DNA of 53,332 bases, taken from positions 1-53,332 of the forward strand of contig JBGURM010000091.1 of the NCBI GenBank assembly GCA_045132035.1, read 5' to 3'. Position 1 is the first letter of the stretch. Every line of letters begins with the position of its first letter. This stretch comes from Bacilli bacterium. Its GTDB lineage: Bacteria; Bacillota_I; Bacilli_A; RFN20; CAG-826. The notes beneath the pieces are model-generated. The model was not told the DNA's origin and made no database searches. It was given only the letters and a program-made list of their open reading frames with translations. This document shows, in pieces, positions 26,308-34,110 of the stretch. The position numbers and the translations under genes were made by a program.

Positions 26308-27930
26308 ATGAGAAAGACAACTAAATTATTTTTTCTTCCTTTAATGGCAATGATGTTGACATCATGTGACATTTTAGGTGCGATTAGAGGTATTACTGGT
26401 TTAAAACCAAAATATGAAAATTACGAAGAATTTTTTGCTGATGCGATGCACTTTAAAAGCGGAACAACTTTTGATTTAGTCATGAAGAATATCAACAAAG
26501 AACTAAGATATTGGACTAGACATACATCTCAATATTCTTCAACTAAATATTCAATTGTTGAAGCTCCATTTTTTGAAACGATCAATGAATACAGTGATCA
26601 CTATACTATTTATTTAACAAACCACGATAATGTGACAATTCAAAAAGAAGCAAAACAAGACGGTTCAATTATTGAAATACACACGAATAGTGTGCCAATG
26701 CTTGTTGATGGAGAAAATCATAAGTGGCGTTATGGCGATACTACTAAAGATGAGAAACATTTAGATGAAAAATCTAAGGCTTCAATTAATGTCTACGCTG
26801 ATGAAAATGGTTATCTTGTTGTTTCTAACAGTAATTCGATCTTTTATATAACTAAAGACTTAAAGAAGGTCTATTTTAACGATAGCAACACAAGAACCTT
26901 CCGCTATATGACTGATAAAGATGAATATGATAGTGTTCAAGTTCCTGAAAGTGATGCTTTAACCGCCGCTCTTGAAACTTCTAAAAATAGTAGACCAACT
27001 TTAGCGTTACCAAAACCAAATAACGATAGCTCACTTGATAAAAACAAATATTGGTATGGATATAACTATAGAAACATTGATTTATTTGGACAAGTTGACC
27101 CAAAGAAAGAAGACTATATCAATGGATATAACTTATATTTCCCAGGTATTGAAGCTTACACATATAGTGAACAATTAAAGCAACAAGGTTGGACAATCCA
27201 TCGTGCAAATGATGAAGATCTTATTGCGACTACTTCCCAAAAATATGATTCATATTGGGTGGCAGTGGATGAAGCCGAACAATATAAAATTATTATTCAT
27301 GACTTCCAATCTTTGTATGTTGATTTAAATGCATTATTTACTGATGGACCATCTCATTCAACTAGGGTTGAAATCAATCGTCTTGGTGGAATTGAAAAGG
27401 TCGTTGCTGGTAGAAAAACAACAAAAACAGATTGGACTGACCGCGAAAAAAGAACAATGAGAAAATGGTATGACCTTGATGTTGAATTACCATTTGTAGC
27501 GTTAAGTGATAGTTATAGTGTTCCACTTAGAAATAGCAGTGCTTACGCTGGTTTATATAGTAATTTAATGGAACTTGGAACAAAGTGTTTTAACATCCAA
27601 GACAATCATTATAAATATCTTCTCGATGGCTATGGCGAAGTATTAGAGGCTAATGGCTTCACCAAATTTGAAATGCCATCGTCTGTCAATCCAGACGATT
27701 ACAAAACCGTTTATGAATGGTATAAAGTTGATAGTCACAAGTTATATAACGCTTATGTCAATTATGATAAAGATGTCGCAGTTAGATTCTATTTCGATAT
27801 TTCTGAAGGGAATGTTATTAGATTCTTTAGAATTTCGACAATGAAAGCGTGGGACCCAAATAGAGACCCAGACACTACTGATTATGATGCTTTAGAGGAT
27901 CCAGATATCACTGTTAATCCAGATGAATAA
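26308..27930 (+). CDS. large hypothetical lipoprotein
   Basis: MRKTTKLFFLPLMAMMLTSC matches a signal peptide plus lipobox (LTS-C). The mature part is about 520 aa and no family was recognised. The track start at 26242 is upstream of the signal peptide. Confidence 0.65.
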   Translation: MRKTTKLFFLPLMAMMLTSCDILGAIRGITGLKPKYENYEEFFADAMHFKSGTTFDLVMKNINKELRYWTRHTSQYSSTKYSIVEAPFFETINEYSDHYTIYLTNHDNVTIQKEAKQDGSIIEIHTNSVPMLVDGENHKWRYGDTTKDEKHLDEKSKASINVYADENGYLVVSNSNSIFYITKDLKKVYFNDSNTRTFRYMTDKDEYDSVQVPESDALTAALETSKNSRPTLALPKPNNDSSLDKNKYWYGYNYRNIDLFGQVDPKKEDYINGYNLYFPGIEAYTYSEQLKQQGWTIHRANDEDLIATTSQKYDSYWVAVDEAEQYKIIIHDFQSLYVDLNALFTDGPSHSTRVEINRLGGIEKVVAGRKTTKTDWTDREKRTMRKWYDLDVELPFVALSDSYSVPLRNSSAYAGLYSNLMELGTKCFNIQDNHYKYLLDGYGEVLEANGFTKFEMPSSVNPDDYKTVYEWYKVDSHKLYNAYVNYDKDVAVRFYFDISEGNVIRFFRISTMKAWDPNRDPDTTDYDALEDPDITVNPDE

Positions 27931-28771
27931 ATTCAATTATTCTTTTCACTCACATACCTTTCGTTGCGGTCACGCTGATGGTGATATTGAAGATTATGTG
28001 ATGGAAGCCATCCATAATAATTTTAAACTTCTTGGTGTGTCTGACCATGTCTTTTTACCAGGCGTTTCTCAGCCATGGATGAGAGGCGATTTTTCGATGC
28101 TTGAAAACTATATTGAAACGTTCAATTCTGTTCAAAAAACATATAAGAACTTCATTAAATTGCATTTGGGGTTTGAATGTGAGTGCATTCCAATGTATAT
28201 GGATTATTACCGATATTTGCTTGAAAGTGGAAGATTTGAATATTTAATTTGTGGACAACATTGTACGTTTAATAAAGATAGAAACCTTATTCTTTATTTT
28301 AACTATTCTTCTCTTAATAATTATGAGGGAATTGAAAGATATAAAAATGATGTTATCGAGGCAATGAAAAGCGGAATTTTCTTTTATATCGCTCATCCTG
28401 ATTTATTTATGTACACAGTCACTATGATTACTCCAGAGATAGAAAGAATTATTAATGAAATAGTGGATGCCTCAATTAAGTATGATGTTCCTTTAGAAAT
28501 GAATATTTCTGGATTTGGAAGATTAAAAGCCGATAAAGAGCATGGCACTCTCGGATACCCTAATGAACATTTCTGGGATGCAGCGGTTAAAAAAGGAGCG
28601 AAAATCATCTTCGGTGGTGATTATCACACTCCTGAAGCAATCCATAACGAAAAATTCGAAAAATTATTTGATAAACTAATTCAAAAAACAAACGCAACGT
28701 TTGTTGATGAAGAAGTGGAATATCAAAGATATTTAGATAGACTTAAAAAACTATTTGGACAAAGTCGCTAA
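27923..28771 (+). CDS. PHP-family phosphoesterase (HisJ-type histidinol-phosphatase-like)
   Basis: FHSHTFRCGHADG and GVSDHVF metal-binding motifs. 282 aa. Confidence 0.75.
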   Translation: MNKFNYSFHSHTFRCGHADGDIEDYVMEAIHNNFKLLGVSDHVFLPGVSQPWMRGDFSMLENYIETFNSVQKTYKNFIKLHLGFECECIPMYMDYYRYLLESGRFEYLICGQHCTFNKDRNLILYFNYSSLNNYEGIERYKNDVIEAMKSGIFFYIAHPDLFMYTVTMITPEIERIINEIVDASIKYDVPLEMNISGFGRLKADKEHGTLGYPNEHFWDAAVKKGAKIIFGGDYHTPEAIHNEKFEKLFDKLIQKTNATFVDEEVEYQRYLDRLKKLFGQSR

Positions 28772-30241
28772 TTTCGCTTTAGCGTATATTTCAAATGTCT
28801 CATTCTCGTTGTTGCTAACAGCGATATTTTTATATGGAGCATACTCGAATCTTTTTGTGTATTCATCGAATTTAGTTACATCTAAATACTTATTAGCGAA
28901 TTCTTTGCAGTAATTAAAGAATTTCAATTTGCTATCACTATGAACTTTGTGGGTGTTATTACTTCCACCTGTTAATAATCTTAAGACAAGCGGACATTGA
29001 TTAAAGTTATTTTCTCCCCAACAATTTGGGTCATCATAACGCATATTTTTCATATCTTTTTGCCATCCAACGTTAATCCCCAAACAGCGGTCATTATCGT
29101 ATGGAATAAAAATAGCTTTATTATCTTTATTAAAATAAAGGTAATAGTTGTTATAGTTATTTCTTAAATCATCCGGTAAACCAAATACCCAGCATAACGC
29201 GGAATATCTTAAAAAGTTATCAACATCTAAATATTTAGAGATATTCTCAAAATAAGCTTGTCCATCTAGACCATCCGCTTTGGAATTTTTATTTAACTCA
29301 GAAGAAAAATTCTTAATGATTGAAAAATCAGAAGTATCTTCATTTGATTTAAGATTATAAATTGGACGATAGTATTGTCCTTCAACACCTACTTTATTAT
29401 CACTTAAATCAGTTAGTGTTGCTGGACCAAGATCAGTGTAGGTACATTTATATAAATCACCCTTGTTATCTCCATTAATTTTTTTGAGCATTTTCTTATC
29501 AACCGATTCGTACGCTAAATATGTTGTTGAAAATGAATCCGACTCACTTCTTATGGTGAATTTCACCAAATTTGCGTGTTGAGCGATGACTCCTTCCTCT
29601 TTAAAAGCGTCTAATACATAAGCTTCTTTTGTGAAGGTATAATCGTAGTTTCGATTCCATTTTAAATCGATCTTTTTCATGCCAGCGAACTCTCTATCAT
29701 TTCTTTCTTTTTTGGCTTCAAGATTATCAGTCCAATCATGAACATAATAAAAATCGCTATCGGAGAATGTTTGACCGAAATTTAATTTGAAGTGGCATAG
29801 TTTGTTTGTGTTAAACATGCCATCTGGATTAACAAAATCAGTGTCTCTTCTTGAAAGATTGCCTTTTATTCTTGCTCCGGTCTCTTCAAAAGTCGTGGTT
29901 TTCCCATTGACTGTTATCTTAGCGGTGCAAGGGTGATACATTTCATTTTTAATATAATTGTTATTTCCTTCACCTTGTCCATATTCCTTAAGGTTATATA
30001 TGCTTTCGTTAGTGAAATTTAATTCAATTTCAACTTTTGAATCCGGATTAAAGAAATCCAAAAATTCTTGGCTATATTTAGCGTTTGAATAAATGTTATC
30101 TTCTGTCTTTTCTTCTGCTGGATCTGGTGTTTCTTCTTCTACTGGATCAGTTGGAGTAGGATTACTAGGAGCAACGCTTGGAAACGAACACCCTGCAATT
30201 AATGGCAAAAGCAATAAAGTTAATGCGAATTTATTTTTCAT
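28751..30241 (-). CDS. CotH-family (atypical kinase fold) lipoprotein
   Basis: Lipobox LLLLPLIAGCS. CotH-like motifs KKIDLKWNRNYDYTFTKEAYVLDAF and NNYYLYFNKDNKAIFIPYDNDRCLG. Confidence 0.75.
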   Translation of the reverse strand: MKNKFALTLLLLPLIAGCSFPSVAPSNPTPTDPVEEETPDPAEEKTEDNIYSNAKYSQEFLDFFNPDSKVEIELNFTNESIYNLKEYGQGEGNNNYIKNEMYHPCTAKITVNGKTTTFEETGARIKGNLSRRDTDFVNPDGMFNTNKLCHFKLNFGQTFSDSDFYYVHDWTDNLEAKKERNDREFAGMKKIDLKWNRNYDYTFTKEAYVLDAFKEEGVIAQHANLVKFTIRSESDSFSTTYLAYESVDKKMLKKINGDNKGDLYKCTYTDLGPATLTDLSDNKVGVEGQYYRPIYNLKSNEDTSDFSIIKNFSSELNKNSKADGLDGQAYFENISKYLDVDNFLRYSALCWVFGLPDDLRNNYNNYYLYFNKDNKAIFIPYDNDRCLGINVGWQKDMKNMRYDDPNCWGENNFNQCPLVLRLLTGGSNNTHKVHSDSKLKFFNYCKEFANKYLDVTKFDEYTKRFEYAPYKNIAVSNNENETFEIYAKAKLATLSK

Positions 30242-30259
30242 ATATTTTTCAGTTATATT

Positions 30260-30610
30260 CTAATTGTGGTGGCAGTCACACATATGGATATTTGAACGGT
30301 CCTCACTAATTTCTCCTTTGAGGAATCTTTCTAATACTTCGTGAGCGTCACCGCTTTGTCCTGGATATGTTTTAATTCCTGCTTCATCTAAAAACTGAAT
30401 CGCGTGATTTCCCATTCCTCCGGCGATTAAGATTTCGACATCTAAATCTTTAAGATATCCCACTAATTCGTGATGAGAATATCCTCCGTTAGTGATAATC
30501 ATTTCTTTTCTTTCATTTCCTTCTGTGTCCACTAAAAGGAAATTTTGGGTTTGACCGAAGTGTTGCCCAATCTCTTTTGTATCATAGTTATATGTTAATG
30601 CGATTCTCAT
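30260..30610 (-). CDS. NifB/NifX-family (dinitrogenase FeMo-cofactor-binding domain-like) small protein
   Basis: 116 aa. HFGQTQNFLLVD...ILIAGGMGNHAIQFLDEAGIK is typical of this family. A C-terminal CDCHH is present. Confidence 0.7.
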   Translation of the reverse strand: MRIALTYNYDTKEIGQHFGQTQNFLLVDTEGNERKEMIITNGGYSHHELVGYLKDLDVEILIAGGMGNHAIQFLDEAGIKTYPGQSGDAHEVLERFLKGEISEDRSNIHMCDCHHN

Positions 30611-30654
30611 AGTTTTTACCTCTCAATAATGATATCAAATTCTATGACAAGTAT

Positions 30655-30663
30655 TGATATAAT
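30655..30663 (+). promoter_or_regulatory. extended -10 element TGaTATAAT upstream of the SPFH operon
   Basis: The sequence ttGATATAATt lies about 38 nt upstream of ATG 30701. Confidence 0.4.
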
Positions 30664-30700
30664 TTTTGAATTATATTTTAATGATTAGGAGGTATTATTT

Positions 30701-31738
30701 ATGAGTTTATATGATGTTGTACGTTTTGAAGGAACTAATGACGATTGGCTTCTTTACAAATATCCTAAAGATGAATTCAATACAAAATCCAAATTAGTGG
30801 TCTCATCCGCTCAAATAGCTTTGCTTGTTCATAACGGAAAGCTTGAAAAGATTTGTGAAGCAGGTAGTTTTACTTTAGACACTGAATTACTTCCATTTAT
30901 TAAAGGATTAACAAAGGCCATTTATTCTGGCAAGAACCCTTATCCACTTGAAATTTACTTTGTAAATAAACGTTTAAAACTTGACTTCCTTTGGGGCACA
31001 AATGACCCAATCGATGTTATTGATCCGCTTTACGGAATCAAACTTAGATTAAGAGCAAGAGGACAATTTGGTGTTCGTTTAACCGACTACCAATATTTCC
31101 ATCAAACCTTAGTGGGAACATTATTAAAGAATAACTATGTTTCTTTCGATGTTATCCGTTCTTTCTTTAGAGGATTTATTAATCAAAAAGTTAAAAAGAT
31201 TCTAGCGAGCGAACTAATTAATAAGAAAATCACTTATTTTGAAATTCAAGTTCATTTAGATGACATTCAAGAAGTCTTACAAGAAGAAATTCGTAAAGAA
31301 TTGAAACAATATGGCTTTGAAGTTGCCAATCTTTCTATAGAAAGCATTGATTGCCCAGAAGAAGATCTCGACAAGCTCAATGAAATTCTTCATAAGAAAG
31401 CCGAACTTAATCAACTTGGTGATAACGCTTACCGCACAGTTAGAGGGTATGATGTCCTTGAAGCTGGTGCGAAAGGAAACGGTAACGCTTCAGCATTCAT
31501 GGGTGTTGGCTTAGGAATGCAAATGGGTCAAGCCGCGAATGGCGGAGCGATCATTCCTCCTCAAGGTCAAGCAGAAGAAACTATTTCTTGCCCAAAATGT
31601 GGAGTTAAGATTCCACCAAGCGCTAAATTCTGTCCAGAATGTGGCGCTAAAATCCTTCGTGCCTGTCCAAAGTGCGGCGCTGAAGTCTCTCCAAAACAAA
31701 AATTCTGCCCTGAGTGTGGACAAAAAATATACGAGTGA
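30701..31738 (+). CDS. SPFH-like protein (YdjI / COG4260 'virion core protein-like') with C-terminal tandem zinc ribbons
   Basis: The N-terminus, LYDVVRFEGTNDDWLLYKYP...SSAQIALLVHNGK, resembles YdjI-family proteins. The C-terminus is CPKCG...CPECG...CPKCG...CPECG. Strong AGGAGG RBS. Confidence 0.7.
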   Translation: MSLYDVVRFEGTNDDWLLYKYPKDEFNTKSKLVVSSAQIALLVHNGKLEKICEAGSFTLDTELLPFIKGLTKAIYSGKNPYPLEIYFVNKRLKLDFLWGTNDPIDVIDPLYGIKLRLRARGQFGVRLTDYQYFHQTLVGTLLKNNYVSFDVIRSFFRGFINQKVKKILASELINKKITYFEIQVHLDDIQEVLQEEIRKELKQYGFEVANLSIESIDCPEEDLDKLNEILHKKAELNQLGDNAYRTVRGYDVLEAGAKGNGNASAFMGVGLGMQMGQAANGGAIIPPQGQAEETISCPKCGVKIPPSAKFCPECGAKILRACPKCGAEVSPKQKFCPECGQKIYE

Positions 31739-31749
31739 GGTAGTGAATT

Positions 31750-32214
31750 ATGAGAAGAAATCTATTTTTAGGTTTAATTAGTGTTTTAATTCTTGGTTTA
31801 GCAATTGGCTTGCCTTTTGCTTTTGGTGATTGGAACAATCTCCTTGTTCAAAATCAAACCGTTTTGATCCTTTATATCGTATCTAAATCAGTTTTTGGCT
31901 TAATTTTGTTGTTTGCACTTATCTGGTCTTTTGTTGGTGAAAGAGCAAGAGGACACATCTATATGATGCTAAGTTGTTCAATTTTTGTTCAAATTGCGCC
32001 ATTAATTATTAGAACTTCTGTCTATATCCAAAACTTTGTTCTTGGTTTTGCAATCATCATGCTTGCCTTATTCTTAATTGGCTATGTTGCCTTTATTGGT
32101 TTAGTTTTAACTGCAAATAAGAAACAAGTTGCAAGTGATAAGAAATATCAAGGAAGCGAAATTGAAGTGGTGGATGAAAAAGTTGCAGAAAAAAGAAATA
32201 AGGAGGAAGCATAA
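31750..32214 (+). CDS. hypothetical 4-TM membrane protein
   Basis: 154 aa, hydrophobic, with an acidic/basic tail. GAGG RBS. 11 nt after the upstream gene. Confidence 0.6.
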   Translation: MRRNLFLGLISVLILGLAIGLPFAFGDWNNLLVQNQTVLILYIVSKSVFGLILLFALIWSFVGERARGHIYMMLSCSIFVQIAPLIIRTSVYIQNFVLGFAIIMLALFLIGYVAFIGLVLTANKKQVASDKKYQGSEIEVVDEKVAEKRNKEEA

Positions 32215-32480
32215 TGAATTCTTATGAATGCCCAGGTTGTGGGTATGTGATGAGCGAAAAAGAAGAAAAGTGCAAATATTGCGGTTCTTCTAATCCTAGA
32301 TATGTTGCTCCTAAAACATCGTTTATAGCAACTCCTGCTCCAGTTTCTTCTCAAAGTAGTTCAACAAGTCAACCAGTTAAAAAAGAAGAAAAGAAAATAA
32401 ATGTTCTCGTATTTATTTTACTTCTATTATTCTTCTGGCCTGGAGCCTTGATATACGCGATTGTGTGCGCTGCTAGATAG
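32214..32480 (+). CDS. zinc-ribbon protein with C-terminal TM anchor
   Basis: CPGCG...CKYCG ribbon, S/P-rich linker, then the hydrophobic segment VLVFILLLLFFWPGALIYAIV. AAGGAGG RBS. ATG overlaps the upstream stop. Confidence 0.65.
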   Translation: MNSYECPGCGYVMSEKEEKCKYCGSSNPRYVAPKTSFIATPAPVSSQSSSTSQPVKKEEKKINVLVFILLLLFFWPGALIYAIVCAAR

Positions 32481-32485
32481 TTTAT

Positions 32486-32513
32486 AAGACGTCGATTAAA
32501 AGACGTCTTTTTT
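32486..32513 (+). terminator. rho-independent terminator after the SPFH operon
   Basis: AAGACGTC-gattaaaa-GACGTCTT followed by a T-run. Confidence 0.8.
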
Positions 32514-32631
32514 ACATAAAAATAAAAGCGCTTTCCTATCTGCGCCACACAATTGTCTTTTACGTCTTCAATTAAGACATCTATATATCTATTTTTAACA
32601 ACTCTTCTGAGTTAAGAGTTGCACTTGTCTT

Positions 32632-32708
32632 TGGTAGCTGAGGACGGATTTGAACCGCCGACCTTGAAGGTATGAACTTCCTGCTCTAGCCAACTGAGCT
32701 ACTCAGCC
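32632..32708 (-). tRNA. tRNA-Met (anticodon CAT, elongator-like)
   Basis: Hand-folded cloverleaf of 77 nt with encoded CCA. Anticodon loop TTCATAC. GCTCAGTTGGCTAGAGC D-arm and GGCGGTTCAAATCCGTC T-arm. An Ile2 (lysidine) identity cannot be fully excluded. Confidence 0.85.
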
Positions 32709-32715
32709 ATATAAA

Positions 32716-32791
32716 TGGTGGATCTAAAGAGACTCGAACTCTCGACCCCCTGAATGCAAATCAGGTGCTCTCCCAACTGAGCTATAGACCC
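32716..32791 (-). tRNA. tRNA-Ala (anticodon TGC)
   Basis: Hand-folded 76 nt with encoded CCA. Anticodon loop TTTGCAT. The G3:U70 pair in the acceptor stem (GGGTCTA/TAGATCC) is the Ala identity element. Confidence 0.9.
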
Positions 32792-32826
32792 ATTTCGCTA
32801 GTTTCTTAGTGAAACTTGCAAGATAG

Positions 32827-32855
32827 ATTATATACATTTAATGATTTTATGACAA
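32827..32855 (-). promoter_or_regulatory. near-consensus promoter for the tRNA pair: TTGTCA, 17-nt spacer, TATAAT
   Basis: Read on the minus strand. The -10 lies about 35 nt upstream of the tRNA-Ala 5' end. Confidence 0.6.
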
Positions 32856-32895
32856 TAATTTTTAATTATTTGTGAATTTCGTGTATAATAACCAT

Positions 32896-32976
32896 GCCGT
32901 CGCGATGGTTAACTATGAACCAGGTCAGGACAGGAATGTAGCAGCCTTAAATATCTTATCCATGTGCGGCGGTTTT
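32896..32976 (+). ncRNA. ffs: signal recognition particle RNA, short 4.5S type
   Basis: Conserved domain IV sequence CCAGGTCAGGACAGGAATGTAGCAGCC with a GGAA tetraloop. The closing helix GCCGTCGCGATGG / CCATGTGCGGCGG is followed by a T-run. TATAAT lies 7 nt upstream. Confidence 0.85.
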
Positions 32977-32981
32977 GTTTT

Positions 32982-33446
32982 ATGAAAAAGAATGCACCTG
33001 AGTTTTATATGTCAAAAGCCTTGAAAGAGGCTTTTAAAGCTTCTCAAATCGACGAAGTTCCTATTGGATGCGTAATTGTCAAAGACAATAAGATAATCGC
33101 TAGAGGACACAATAAAAGAGAAATGAAAAATGATGTAACATCTCATGCGGAGATGGAAGCAATTAGAAAGGCAAATAAAAAACTTAATAGTTGGAGATTG
33201 GTTGATTGCGATTTATATGTCACGATTGAACCATGCATTATGTGCATGGGTGCGATTTACCAATCTCATATAAGAAAAATATATTATGGGGCTCCTGATC
33301 CAAAAGGTGGAGCGGTTAATTCATCAATTATTTTTAAAGAAATAAAAAACCTGAATCACTACCCAGAAATTGAAGGAGGAGTTCTTCAGGAAGAATGTTC
33401 ACAAATAATCAAAGATTATTTTAAAAATAAAAGAAAAAATAAGTAG
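32982..33446 (+). CDS. tadA: tRNA-specific adenosine deaminase TadA
   Basis: HAEMEAIRKA and PCIMCMGAI zinc motifs. The start is uncertain: ATG 32982 lies directly after the SRP RNA, ATG 33009 is an alternative, and the track start at 32964 lies inside the RNA. Confidence 0.85.
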   Translation: MKKNAPEFYMSKALKEAFKASQIDEVPIGCVIVKDNKIIARGHNKREMKNDVTSHAEMEAIRKANKKLNSWRLVDCDLYVTIEPCIMCMGAIYQSHIRKIYYGAPDPKGGAVNSSIIFKEIKNLNHYPEIEGGVLQEECSQIIKDYFKNKRKNK

Positions 33447-33531
33447 GAAGTTTCGTAAAATTTTTCGAATAATTTGTAGAAATGGTCCTTCTTTTTTTGT
33501 TATATTAAAAATGACAAAAGGAGGATTGAAC

Positions 33532-33804
33532 ATGCCAACAATAATTCCAGTTTCAGAACTTAGAAATTATGGTTCGGTTTTGGAAAAAGTAAAAGAAGGA
33601 GAACCAATATATCTAACAAAAAATGGTCGTGGAGAATACTCAATTAGAAAAATAGAAGATGAAGAAAAGTTCCAGGAAACACTGGCGGCTATTTTACTTC
33701 TATCAGAAATTGTGAAAGGTATCAGAACTGCAGAAGAAAGCGGATATGTCACTAGCGAGGATGCGTTAGCACACTTTAAAGCTAGAGGAATAAATATAGG
33801 ATGA
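33532..33804 (+). CDS. Phd/YefM-family type II antitoxin
   Basis: MPTIIPVSELRNYGSVLEKVKEGEPIYLTKNGRG is typical of the family. AAAGGAGG RBS. ATGA overlap with the downstream toxin gene. Confidence 0.75.
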   Translation: MPTIIPVSELRNYGSVLEKVKEGEPIYLTKNGRGEYSIRKIEDEEKFQETLAAILLLSEIVKGIRTAEESGYVTSEDALAHFKARGINIG

Positions 33805-34109
33805 AAGCCAATGTTGAATACACCCCTCAAGCGATTATTGATCTTGATAGCCTTTATGATGGGGTATTAGAAGCATCGTGCGATAAAAAAACAGCAGATA
33901 AGTATTTATCTGATTTATTAAGCGAAATTGAGAAAAAAAGAGCCTTTCCTTTATCGACTCCTATTTTTGACTTTTATGATTTAATGCTTGATATCCATCA
34001 TTTTACATTTAAAGCATATGTTATATTTTATAAATTTGAGAATAACTGTATTAAGGTGCTCAGAGTGTTACCATCTAAGATGGATTATCTCAAAAAATTA
34101 AATATCTAG
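33801..34109 (+). CDS. ParE/RelE-family type II toxin
   Basis: 102 aa. The N-terminal YTPQAIIDLDSLY and C-terminal IKVLRVLPSKMDY patterns match ParE/RelE-type plasmid stabilisation toxins. Confidence 0.7.
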   Translation: MKANVEYTPQAIIDLDSLYDGVLEASCDKKTADKYLSDLLSEIEKKRAFPLSTPIFDFYDLMLDIHHFTFKAYVIFYKFENNCIKVLRVLPSKMDYLKKLNI

Positions 34110-34110
34110 A

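Noticed and set aside
32520-32631. Hairpins (CAACTCTT...AAGAGTTG and GTCTT-caatt-AAGAC) downstream of tRNA-Met, considered as a tRNA operon terminator or a small RNA.
   Set aside because: Neither hairpin is followed by a U-tract on the relevant strand, and nothing else distinguishes the region. Evidence is insufficient to call a feature.
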